In this document: piece by piece, positions 56,001 through 64,000 of the stretch
How the letters are laid out: every line of letters begins with the position of its first letter
Numbering within the stretch: position 1 is the first letter of the stretch
From: Muribaculaceae bacterium
Lineage (GTDB): Bacteria; Bacteroidota; Bacteroidia; Bacteroidales; Muribaculaceae
Direction of reading: 5' to 3'
Assembly: GCA_029060725.1 (NCBI GenBank)
Contig: JAIDTL010000156.1
Span: 3,657 to 67,656 of the forward strand
Length of the DNA stretch: 64,000 nucleotides
Notes under the pieces: model-generated
Told to the model about the DNA's origin: nothing
What the model saw: only the letters and a program-made list of their open reading frames with translations
Databases searched by the model: none
Made by a program: the position numbers and the translations under genes

Positions 56001-57937
56001 GGATCGTATGTCAGCACTGGAGTTGCTACAACATGATCAGCATATACGAAAGTATAGCTGACGGTGTCTGATGGCTCATAGTTAGCTTTGAAACCACGTG
56101 CCACCACCTTGCAGTCTTCAGTAAGTCTGAGGGGAGCGGAATATGCCGCAGATTCTTCCGTCGGTACTGAGCCGTCGGTTGTGTAGCGGACGGTAGCCCC
56201 TGAAGTGGCAGTAGCTAAAGTAAGGGCAAGATCGGAATAACTATAAGTCGGTGTTTCTACTTTATAGCCATCTATGACGTACTCTCCTATGGGTGAATCA
56301 AAGTAATTCACGTGTGTCGTATACGCCTTCACAGTAAAGTTGCCATCGAGAGTCAATGGCTCCGTATAGAGGGTGCTTGTGGCATCCGGATCTGTACCGT
56401 CTGTCGTATATCTGGTTTCTCCATCATTAATAGCAGGGATGATCACAATCTTCCCATCCTCATTGACAGAGAAGGTTGGAGCAGGTATGGAGTGTTCAGC
56501 CCGACGAAATACATAAATGCTTATGGGAGAGTCGGTCAGACCATCCTTGCTTGCGTATGCTTTGATACGGCAATTTTCTTCCGGTTCGAAAGGAGCCGTA
56601 TAGACAGTACTTTCCTCATTAGGGTCGGTAAAATCTGTAGTATATCGAATTATAGCATCAGGCGTTTCACTCGAAATCTTCAACAGACGATTTTCAAATG
56701 TAAAGATTGGAGCGCCAGTCTTATATGCCGTCACCTGATAGCTAACTACAGGAGAATCTTCCATACCCTCCTTATAAGCTATGGCCTTCACAAGAAGGTT
56801 GCTACCTACATATATAGGCGCGGTATAAACAGGACTTGCTGCCGTTGGGTTTGTACCGTCAAGGGTATAGTGGATTGTCGCACCCGGAGTCTCGCAGAGA
56901 ATCTGCACGTGAGTATCGTCATACATACCCATACGTGGCCACATAACCATATTTTCCGCAATCGACCCGTCTGGATTTGGAATGCCGGGTTCCTCTGGAT
57001 TTGCCGGATTGTAATTGTAGGAGAAATTGGCTGTAAGTGTTACGTTGCGTTGAGGCATAGTATACTCAAATTCTGATGCCTCAGAAACGACATTGCCAAG
57101 ATCATCGGTCCAGTTTACAAATGTATAATAGTCATGAGATTCTGAATAGATTGATTTAGTCGATCCTTCTTCCACCATAGCATCATATACACTATAATAA
57201 TCATGATAGAAGTGCACATATCCTCCATCCGCCGGATTTGACTGTACCTTAAGTAGTCTCAAAGGACGCTGTCCGCCGGGTTCTTCAGGATTTGTCGGGT
57301 CATATTCGAAGTTGGCAATAAGCGTATGATCTCCTTGCGGAACAGTGTAATTAAGTACCTCATCCGTCCCAATTACTACTCCTCCTCTTGTCCAATTGAC
57401 AAAACGGTAGTTTTGATAGGCATGTACTTGAAAATCATGTGTACTTCCCACTTCAAACTCATCACTATAACTATCTCTCCATGATCCTTGAGATTGCTGG
57501 TAGAAATAACCGGCATCGATCGGGTTAGTTATAAATGTGATCTTTGATTCGGTCTTGAATTCTGGAGTGGAAGGTTCTTCCGGAGAATCCGGATCGTAGA
57601 CAAAACGTGCTGTCAATATGACATCCCGACTCGGCATTGTATAAGTGAAGTCTTGGTCAGTAGATATTACATTTCTCGCTTCATCTTCCCATTGTATGAA
57701 TTTAAAACCGGTATTCCCTGTAGTATATACATATACGGAGCTTCCAAAGGCATGGCTTTCTTTCGGAGTAAGATTCCACGCCGCATTTTCAGGCACACAC
57801 CGCGTAGTCAGGGTGAATTTGACCCCCGGCTCCGGTGGATCTGCCGGATTGTATTGGGCTTTCGCTGCAGTGCCCCACAAAAGGAGCACAAGCAGCGGAA
57901 GTATTATCCTAAAGGATAAATTTAGGTGTAACCTCAT
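53093..57937 (-). CDS. large secreted repeat protein (InlB-B-like repeats plus about 8 CHB_HEX/Fn3-associated repeats), T9SS-like tail
   Basis: repeated (I/V)RYT.DG..PT..S..Y..P units; NPADPPEP repeats; tail ..IYIVGGVKVMVK. Confidence 0.8.
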   Translation of the reverse strand: MRLHLNLSFRIILPLLVLLLWGTAAKAQYNPADPPEPGVKFTLTTRCVPENAAWNLTPKESHAFGSSVYVYTTGNTGFKFIQWEDEARNVISTDQDFTYTMPSRDVILTARFVYDPDSPEEPSTPEFKTESKITFITNPIDAGYFYQQSQGSWRDSYSDEFEVGSTHDFQVHAYQNYRFVNWTRGGVVIGTDEVLNYTVPQGDHTLIANFEYDPTNPEEPGGQRPLRLLKVQSNPADGGYVHFYHDYYSVYDAMVEEGSTKSIYSESHDYYTFVNWTDDLGNVVSEASEFEYTMPQRNVTLTANFSYNYNPANPEEPGIPNPDGSIAENMVMWPRMGMYDDTHVQILCETPGATIHYTLDGTNPTAASPVYTAPIYVGSNLLVKAIAYKEGMEDSPVVSYQVTAYKTGAPIFTFENRLLKISSETPDAIIRYTTDFTDPNEESTVYTAPFEPEENCRIKAYASKDGLTDSPISIYVFRRAEHSIPAPTFSVNEDGKIVIIPAINDGETRYTTDGTDPDATSTLYTEPLTLDGNFTVKAYTTHVNYFDSPIGEYVIDGYKVETPTYSYSDLALTLATATSGATVRYTTDGSVPTEESAAYSAPLRLTEDCKVVARGFKANYEPSDTVSYTFVYADHVVATPVLTYDPEALTITMTCDTINAEIRYTIDGEAPTAETGIKYEGPVAVVGNHTYTAKAFRSDLFDSESASVTVDDQKVPTPTASFANKVLTLSCSDAEAAIRYTLDGAEPTAESALYEAPVALTEDCTVKFIAMRQYFLDSETGTYEFKIADHQVATPELTYDPEALTIAMTCDTDGAEIRYTIDGEAPTEETGIKYEGPISVVGNHTYTAKAFRSDLFDSEEASVTVDDRKVTAPIVTHSLETMKVTMTCATVGAQIRYTTDGTVPTPTTGTVYTEPIDITGNMTFTVRAFLADFIESDVTVYEVSNMKLPAPTASYGKHYLTLASEEESAQIRYTANGDQPTSSSTLYSEPIPMTEDCTVRFIATKAGYNDSDEAIYNFVLSQWKETIPTIGKDFEGRRVFVENADGAAIRVIIDGEERICNSLESIDVVPEMRLLQVSAIATDEDRYDSETISEELVFHLPPKVDYDGHAVHYGPAEGDPASASANVSIFMDDEYRHGGVGERTMEVSYMARLTAVATSDNAFRSDTVAKEIDYFNTGRIAAARNGYRISEGFGTWGDNPDEYTYLYINGGEIEKEDLEFLGSLPNLTALHLAPNHTTTEPCDGVFANSALETIFAYSIPQGMLKGMKKLTTVMWGITDERMPEGRLAEADNPNILLWVFDEDNAPSDAINVVTYPYISGDAPTDPDGAGVTGTAKKVALMPGYPFGVHMPIDVEHIELTKEFTMPTVIGECAGWETIALPFDAASIMHEQAGEIVPFSLWKGPEDSVKPFWLYNAAEEGWVAASAIQARTPYIISMPNNEDYVYGYNLPGKVTFAAERVTLIPDSVMPKADKWLDGTEFVGTFLPVEETGIRSINVNMLAGRDWLGSAFVTEDKTLPFGAYLRGEGMPKQIPVFGDWSGVLTPVAEASGSGIMVETPAAGTIRVSSSRECNTAVTTATGVVIRTMHLKAGETVVIEGLTRDIYIVGGVKVMVK

Positions 57938-57958
57938 ATTTAATGGGGGTTAAGATTC

Positions 57959-60900
57959 TTATTTTACGATTGTCTTGAATGACTCGCCATTCACCTTCAC
58001 TACATATACACCACCGGCTACCTCAATCTCAAGGCTTCCGTTTTCAGCTACAGTGTTGGTGATGATGCTGCCGTCAGTTCCATAAACTGCTACAGTTGCG
58101 CCTGTAGGTGCAGAAACTGAGATTGATCCTGCATTGCCTACAACCTTTACAGCATTGTCTTCTACTCCCTCTACTGCTGTGACAGCAGGTGCAAAGCGGA
58201 TTGAGAAGCGTGAGTTGTCAATTCCGGTCTTGGAGGCAGTGAAGATATAGTCTCCTTCATTAAGATCGAATTCAATGCCTGTCTCTGCGTCATAAAGCCA
58301 AGCCTGACGATCAGCACGCTGCGCTGAGATGCGGTAAGTGCGGTCTGCTGCAGGAAGAAGCACACCAAGTGCAACATTGCCATCCTCGTATGGACGCTCG
58401 TTGATAGCCATTGGGTGTTTGTTGTCGCCAAGAGTGTAAAGCTGAGCCACGTTGGCATCCATACTCATGAACTTAGAGGCATCGCGTACTGTCTCGTATG
58501 CCATTGAAGCCTGTTCGTTGAGCACTACGCGTGTATAGTCGTCAGCGGTTTCGTTGTCGTCGCAATAAAGTTCAAGGTTGAGTTTATGACGATTTTCATC
58601 CACTACGATAGGACGCGGAGCGCGTGAACGGTCAATGTTAGTGTTGATCTGTCGACCTACAAGCGGCATACCGGTGGAAAGATCAGGAGTGTCAACAGAC
58701 TTCTGCACGAAGAATGGCTGCATCGGACGGAGCACGAATGTGTCATCGCCACGGTCGCCGTCATTGAGTGAGTAAGCGCGGTAAGTGCTGCCGGTCCATA
58801 CTGTGATGGGAGCCTGCATGTCGATGTAGTAGATATCGTAATATGTCGGATATGGGTTTGCAACGAAGTTCCAACCGGCATTAGCCTCAGTCTCGCAAGC
58901 ATTATCAGCAAGTTCGAATGTCACTGCATTCGATCCAAGCATCTTTTCGTTTTCTGATGTTGCAGCCGCCGGCATGTATAGCCAACCTGGTTCGCGAGCT
59001 TGGATAATGTATCCCTGTCCGCTCTTAAGCGTACCGTCTGCCGGAACGTTGATCCAGTTGCCGGAAGTTGCATCCTCGCTTGCGCGACGAGCACCATCAT
59101 AGTAACGGATTACCCAAGAATCAGTGGCAGGATATCTCACATCTGCCATATTCACATCAGTGACTGGAGAGAAGAAATACCATGTGTCTCTTCGTTCTAC
59201 ATAGAAGTTTGTCACTACACTGTTCGCGTTGACAGAATTAGCCCTGCTAAGCAAGGAGGCAGGAGAAGATTCACTGTTATTGAAAGTCAACACATCAAAA
59301 CTCTGTGGAGTGTCTGCATCCAAGGTCAAAGTGCCGCCGGTCATTATCTCAAGCGAAGGAGTACCTTGCATGTGATGTGCATTATTTAGTGTTAGATCCC
59401 CTCGGATCGCCCAGTAATCATTTACAGAAGCCTCGTCAGAAACCTGAGTATTTGTAAATTGATACCAGTATGGATCTGCCTTGTATGCTTCAAGGGCAAA
59501 ATCTGGCACATATAGAGTTACATTAGACTTATTAACATTATAAAATGGTTCGTAGCTATAATATGTATCGACAGAAGGAGGCGTAGCACATGGAAGCACA
59601 ATTTTCTCCAAAGCAGTACAACCACTAAAATCAGCAGACATATCCCAACAATGTGAACTCAATGACACCTCTTTTAGATTTTTACAATCTGCAGCTATTC
59701 CCTCTCCATAAGTCGCTACTGATGGAGGAATTGAAAGACTTTCCAGAGCGGACCCTGCAAAAGCGCGATAAGCTATTTTGGTCACAGTCTCAGGAATGTC
59801 AATTGACTTGATATTCGTATAGGAGAACGTCTCCCATTCTATGACTTCGGCATTCACTGGAATATTTACCTCTTCAAGAGCAGTACAATTATAAGCAACT
59901 CCTCGGGGTACAGTTTTTAATCCATTAGATATGTGAAGTTTCTTCAAAGACTTGCAAGATGCAAGTACATCCCAATTATCATAATAATTTTCATGCCAAC
60001 TGTTTGAATTATGTTCTTCAGCATTTCTGCCGGCTTCAGTGACACTATCGGGCATATAGAATTCTATAAGGCGAGTAGATGAAAAAGCATCGTGACCAAT
60101 CTTTTTTAATTTTGAATTATCCGCAAATGTCATAAATTGAAGGGGTGTTCCATGCCACGCACAGTATCCTATGGTTTCAACAGAAGCCGGAATCGTTGCC
60201 TGATGGAAATTGGTTTCATAGAAAGCATAATTTCCAATCATTTTTAGTGTCTCTGGGAGCATGACAGTGCTAAGATAACTTAATCCTCGCATTCCTTCGT
60301 CAGGAATGGATGTTATGTTCGTGGCAGAAAAGTCAATGGCTTTTGCCCCGGAAAGTTGCTTCACTATTGCCCAGTCGTCGGAGTTCATAGAGCCATTGAT
60401 CTTTACAAGTTCAGCATCCTGAAGGTTCTTGCCCTCAAGCGCCTGCAGAATCTTCACGCTTAGTTCGCCGGGATTATTCAAAGTCACTTCATACCAGTTT
60501 TGGTCAAGACGGACATTGCGAAGATGGGTAATATTAGTATCCGCGTCATCTATCTCCCAACTCTCAAACTCAATGGTATGGGTGCCAGGATTAAGAACTA
60601 AGCAATATGATTCCCAATCGTAGTTTCTATGAGTATAGTACATGACACCGTCAACATATACACACGACTTACGCCCCTCATACCAACTTTTGAGATTACG
60701 TATTTCATATTCGAAGATAGATGCCTTTTCAATGGTGAATGTCGTGGAGATTTTCGTACAAGAATCTCTTTCTCCCTTAAACACAGAGCGGATATAACCA
60801 TCCTCTGTAATCCAAATATTGTTGGGATCATTCTGAAATTTGATAGGAAGCGAACCGTCTTTTAGACATGCAGTTTCAAGTTCCTTGCATTCCCATACAC

Positions 60901-61396
60901 GAAGATTTCGGATTCCTGCAAAATAATCTTCATTCCAATAATTCTCTGCCGTAGATATTGAAACAAATTCAATGGTATGCGTACCGGCGGACACCATTAT
61001 ATTGAATTTATACCAGCCACTATAAGTAGTGAAAGTTTTTTCTTCTCCGTCAATAATTAATTTCAGGATATCTTCTGAGTTATAACAATATTTTCTCCAC
61101 TCACCAGTCAATTCAATTGGGTAAGAAGAAGTGTAGCTAAACGAAAGAGTGGTTGTAAAAGCAGTATCCTCATTCGGAATTTCCGGAGTTCTCATATATG
61201 ATTCCCCTTCCGGTATATACCATGGATGCTCCGCATCATTAGTCCATTTCACTGGCACAGATCCTTCAACGAGGATTGCCTCGCTGATTTCATCTGAGGA
61301 AAGTTGCGCGTCAGCTGTGGCGTAGCCACACACCGCGAGGAGCAGAATCGCTAAATAGCGAAACCGCTCTACATTTTTAAGTAAAGTACTTGTCAT
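57959..61396 (-). CDS. BspA-like leucine-rich-repeat surface protein, T9SS-like tail
   Basis: LPETLKMIGNYAF, IPASVETIG, IPETVTKIAYRAF LRR_5 units; GVYVVKVNG..KTIVK tail. Confidence 0.85.
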   Translation of the reverse strand: MTSTLLKNVERFRYLAILLLAVCGYATADAQLSSDEISEAILVEGSVPVKWTNDAEHPWYIPEGESYMRTPEIPNEDTAFTTTLSFSYTSSYPIELTGEWRKYCYNSEDILKLIIDGEEKTFTTYSGWYKFNIMVSAGTHTIEFVSISTAENYWNEDYFAGIRNLRVWECKELETACLKDGSLPIKFQNDPNNIWITEDGYIRSVFKGERDSCTKISTTFTIEKASIFEYEIRNLKSWYEGRKSCVYVDGVMYYTHRNYDWESYCLVLNPGTHTIEFESWEIDDADTNITHLRNVRLDQNWYEVTLNNPGELSVKILQALEGKNLQDAELVKINGSMNSDDWAIVKQLSGAKAIDFSATNITSIPDEGMRGLSYLSTVMLPETLKMIGNYAFYETNFHQATIPASVETIGYCAWHGTPLQFMTFADNSKLKKIGHDAFSSTRLIEFYMPDSVTEAGRNAEEHNSNSWHENYYDNWDVLASCKSLKKLHISNGLKTVPRGVAYNCTALEEVNIPVNAEVIEWETFSYTNIKSIDIPETVTKIAYRAFAGSALESLSIPPSVATYGEGIAADCKNLKEVSLSSHCWDMSADFSGCTALEKIVLPCATPPSVDTYYSYEPFYNVNKSNVTLYVPDFALEAYKADPYWYQFTNTQVSDEASVNDYWAIRGDLTLNNAHHMQGTPSLEIMTGGTLTLDADTPQSFDVLTFNNSESSPASLLSRANSVNANSVVTNFYVERRDTWYFFSPVTDVNMADVRYPATDSWVIRYYDGARRASEDATSGNWINVPADGTLKSGQGYIIQAREPGWLYMPAAATSENEKMLGSNAVTFELADNACETEANAGWNFVANPYPTYYDIYYIDMQAPITVWTGSTYRAYSLNDGDRGDDTFVLRPMQPFFVQKSVDTPDLSTGMPLVGRQINTNIDRSRAPRPIVVDENRHKLNLELYCDDNETADDYTRVVLNEQASMAYETVRDASKFMSMDANVAQLYTLGDNKHPMAINERPYEDGNVALGVLLPAADRTYRISAQRADRQAWLYDAETGIEFDLNEGDYIFTASKTGIDNSRFSIRFAPAVTAVEGVEDNAVKVVGNAGSISVSAPTGATVAVYGTDGSIITNTVAENGSLEIEVAGGVYVVKVNGESFKTIVK

Positions 61397-61886
61397 TGTT
61401 AGATTGTTAAGTTTTATTGTTGTTTAATTTATTATCACTTTATTAATCCGAAAGGAGTGCTTATGTCGCTGAATTGTCAGTGGTAAGGCATAGCCTTTTA
61501 GCAAATCTACGCATTAATGTGCAAATTTACAAAAAATATTTCAAAGTTTAGCTAAAAAACAATATAAAAAAGCAATTATTTAATAATTTCATGCAAATTA
61601 GAACCACAAGCAGCTCAGACTATCACTCTAATTAGTATATCTTGGCGCCAGCTATATCCTCCAGGTTATCATAGAGGATGCTTTTTCCAAAGAAGGCGAT
61701 AGTGGTGCGAACGCAGTGAGCACTCCATAAAGCAAATTTATACTAAAATTCTCTCTTATCAAAATTTTCCTCTGATTTCATGCTGATTTCTACGGCTTAG
61801 AAAGACGCCATCATCGACTGCACAAAACCGTGCAGTCTTTTACAATTTTTAACACAATTTATTTTGCTTAATGCTTTGCTTTGTCA

Positions 61887-61894
61887 TAATTTTG
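61887..61894 (+). promoter_or_regulatory. -7 promoter element of the rightward phage-like unit
   Basis: TAATTTTG(CA), 30 nt before ATG 61925. Confidence 0.5.
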
Positions 61895-61924
61895 CATCAG
61901 ATAAATTTAAAATATGCAATGCTT

Positions 61925-62320
61925 ATGAAAAAGAAAGGAAGCCGCAGCGACTTCAATGCCCAGCGTGACGCCGAACTCCGCCAGGCATTCTTCAACCAAG
62001 GAGTCTATTCCACTAATGACAGAGTAATCAAACGAACCGTCAAAACCCCCACTTCCCGATTCTGGGTAGACCCGGACCGGGCCCGAGATATCATGAGCCG
62101 TATCGAGAAAGATCCCACCTCTATAAAGAGGATGAATCCCGAACGGCAACGTATGTATCTTTCCCTATACGAAAAGTATCAGAAACTGAGACGCAAATGC
62201 CCCTCCTATTCCAAAATCGAAGCCGTAACAATCGCCATCTACTCCGGCGCCCCTGAATTCTTCCTCGCCCCATCCACAGCCCGCTCCATCATCTACAACA
62301 ATGTTTATCCCACTTATTGA
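61925..62320 (+). CDS. small basic phage-associated protein
   Basis: KKKGSRSDF..RD.EL, PTSRFWVD..RA, APEFFLAP recall Bacteroidales prophage genes near terminase. Confidence 0.5.
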   Translation: MKKKGSRSDFNAQRDAELRQAFFNQGVYSTNDRVIKRTVKTPTSRFWVDPDRARDIMSRIEKDPTSIKRMNPERQRMYLSLYEKYQKLRRKCPSYSKIEAVTIAIYSGAPEFFLAPSTARSIIYNNVYPTY

Positions 62321-63635
62321 AAAAGATCGCGACGCCAATGACTTTACCTGCCGCGACGGCGAAATCGACATGGAAAGCAGGCTTTCCAGCCTGCGGCTAA
62401 CCACACCTGACGCGCCAAGCCGCAGGCCGGAAGGCCTGCTTTCCATAAATCCATCAGGCACTTACCCCACTGCAACCTTGCGGATTCCTCTCTTGGCAGG
62501 GGAGAAGGAGAAGGCAAATCTGATGCTGTCAGGTGAAATCTCTCGTGTAGACCCTGCCACTGCAGAGAGAATCACACAAGCCATACTTCAAAAGGCAGCT
62601 GAGTTTCTTCTCGATCTCTCGACTGAACTAAGAAGACAAGGGCAATTCATCCTTCCATTCCGGTGCTTTACCATGACGATGACTCCCGATGGCTCTCTCT
62701 CCTACCCTTCCCCACAAGCCATCGCTCTCCCCACTGATTTCCCACCCCATCCTGAAATAACTGCAGCAACTGCTACCGACGATGCCCTGACTATCGCCAT
62801 ACGGTTGCCCGTACGTCCACATCGATTGATCCTCTCATCATCCGAAGGCTTGTCTATGGGTGATTCACTTCGCACATTCATCAGTTATCCTCTCTATATT
62901 CCCGACCCCAAGGAACTGCGAGGAAGCATCGGGAGCGTGAAGTCTGCCACCGGAGGGAATGCCATCGGCATTCGGTTTGCTTTTCTTTCCACTTCTTCGA
63001 TAAAGGCTTCTGTGGCAGCCCCGGAGAAGTATTATGAATTTGTCGGCAATGAACGTACCGGGTATCGTGTGTCGTCGAAAGCTGCGTCTGCTCCCGATTA
63101 CTCTTGTTATGCCGCTATCTATGGCAGTGTTACGCCATTCTCCCGTAATTCTTTGTTATCTCTCGGCAATGACGTCTCAGCCGACACTGATCCTATGGAT
63201 TGGATTGCAGATTGGATAGAAGCCGGCGATGGATACCTCCCATCAAATCTCCCTTATAAATATCGGAATCCTGATTCTACATCTGAGTCTTTCACTTTTC
63301 CTGAAGGCATCGACGCTGACTATATAAAGGAGACCGCCACTGCTCTTGATATGCCATACATATTGCTGACTCGCCCCATGGCATTGGCTTCCGACAGCAG
63401 GAGCCGACGAAATGCAGCCCCACGTGCCATCCGAAGCATCCAAGTCTTAGGTTTATCTGACTCCCCCGCTCTCGGAATTATCTATGGCAGCGATGATTGC
63501 CGGCACTGGGAACCCCTTCGCAGTTTCGACCCCCACATCAAAAGCCACATCCTCTCCCCTCCACGCCTTTGGTGGCGCCTGCTGCTCTTAACATCCCAAC
63601 CCAACAAAGCCTTAGCCCTCCACCTCCTCCCCTAA
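62301..63635 (+). CDS. phage tail-tubular/stabilisation-like protein, probably internally shortened
   Basis: CRDGE N-terminus, FILPF, LLTRPMAL, IYGSDD..W C-terminus (recalled similarity); open frame of 444 aa. Confidence 0.4.
   Translation: MFIPLIEKDRDANDFTCRDGEIDMESRLSSLRLTTPDAPSRRPEGLLSINPSGTYPTATLRIPLLAGEKEKANLMLSGEISRVDPATAERITQAILQKAAEFLLDLSTELRRQGQFILPFRCFTMTMTPDGSLSYPSPQAIALPTDFPPHPEITAATATDDALTIAIRLPVRPHRLILSSSEGLSMGDSLRTFISYPLYIPDPKELRGSIGSVKSATGGNAIGIRFAFLSTSSIKASVAAPEKYYEFVGNERTGYRVSSKAASAPDYSCYAAIYGSVTPFSRNSLLSLGNDVSADTDPMDWIADWIEAGDGYLPSNLPYKYRNPDSTSESFTFPEGIDADYIKETATALDMPYILLTRPMALASDSRSRRNAAPRAIRSIQVLGLSDSPALGIIYGSDDCRHWEPLRSFDPHIKSHILSPPRLWWRLLLLTSQPNKALALHLLP
62370..62446. 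repeat. REP-like family C inverted repeat inside an ORF
   Basis: 29-bp arms ATGGAAAGCAGGCTTTCCAGCCTGCGGCT / AGCCGCAGGCCGGAAGGCCTGCTTTCCAT (2 mismatches). Confidence 0.85.
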
Positions 63636-63682
63636 AGCCCTTAAAGCCCTTAGTGCCCCTAATGCCCCTAATGCCCCTAAAG
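63630..63682. repeat. 9-mer tandem repeat (CCCTAATGC/CCTTAAAGC), same family as 5446..5540
   Basis: ccctaaagc ccttaaagc ccttagtgc ccctaatgc ccctaatgc ccctaaag. Confidence 0.8.
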
Positions 63683-63687
63683 ATAAA

Positions 63688-64000
63688 ATGACACAAGAAG
63701 AAATTTCAATTGAACAAATACTCGAAGAGGATGAACGCCGCTCCAGAGCTATGTCGACTCCTTACGATCCGGTGTCGGGACTCTTGAGCCCCGGCACCAG
63801 ATTCTCCATATCCATCCCAGAGCTGGAGCCATCCAGACTGCATATCCCGACAGCCATGCAGGAACTCCCGGAAGTCCGTATGCTCATGGCAGGACGTAGC
63901 CTTACGGAGGCTTTCCCCGGAACGATAGAAAATGCCCGCCAGAGATGGTTTGAGCTCCGTTGCCGCTACGATTTCCCTTTCTGGGCTTTCAAGTGCATCA
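63688..64000 (+). CDS. 5' part of a terminase-large-subunit-like gene (runs off the window)
   Basis: hand translation MTQEEISIEQILEEDERRSRAMSTPYDPVSG...RCRYDFPFWAFKCI; PYDPV.G and DFPFWA recall Bacteroidales prophage terminase N-termini; not in the ORF track. Confidence 0.55.
   Translation, partial: MTQEEISIEQILEEDERRSRAMSTPYDPVSGLLSPGTRFSISIPELEPSRLHIPTAMQELPEVRMLMAGRSLTEAFPGTIENARQRWFELRCRYDFPFWAFKCI

Noticed and set aside
53093-61396. Diversity-generating retroelement acting on the surface proteins
   Set aside because: No reverse transcriptase; the 465-bp repeat is an in-frame domain duplication, not an adenine-specific TR/VR pair
62304-62313. TTATCCCAC as a third copy of the GGGATAAGGGG promoter motif
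   Set aside because: Only a partial match, wrong orientation for the unit, and no TAnnTTTG at the 20-nt spacing
41410-64000. Intact prophage
   Set aside because: No integrase, att repeat, capsid, lysis or replication genes recognised, and host operons interrupt the phage-like genes; sequence beyond 64 kb is unseen
1-64000. tRNA, rRNA or transposase genes
   Set aside because: None recognised by eye; tRNAscan-SE, Infernal and ISfinder searches would be needed to exclude them

Overview
Bacteroidales DNA (Muribaculaceae/Prevotella-like by gene content and TAnnTTTG promoters; taxon is inference). 0.2-7 kb: AlaX-type tRNA editing protein, LTxxQ protein, an MFS / K+-channel-like / AspT operon and pyk. 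7-37.7 kb: a ~31 kb complex-xylan PUL (GH115, esterase, two GH98-like enzymes, an apparently inactive GH10-like lipoprotein, tandem susC/susD pairs, HTCS, GH43) resembling Bacteroides ovatus PUL-XylL, but with apparently T9SS-secreted enzymes. 37.8-64 kb: Ca2+ P-type ATPase, OMP, a putative L-galactose catabolic trio and a five-gene surface cluster (BspA-LRR, CHB_HEX-repeat, PEGA, BACON, LPP20-like). These are interleaved with dispersed but open phage-like genes: portal-like, three small paralogues, a tail/stabilisation-like protein and a terminase-like N-terminus at the window edge. Two of the phage-like units share the upstream motif GGGATAAGGGG-N20-TAnnTTTGC with identical spacing. This is my best candidate for an undescribed system: a domesticated, co-regulated phage-derived module. 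The window also has several REP-like palindrome families (one covarying, one in-frame inside an ORF) and 7-10-mer microsatellites that supply start and stop codons. All family assignments come from motif recognition, not database searches.
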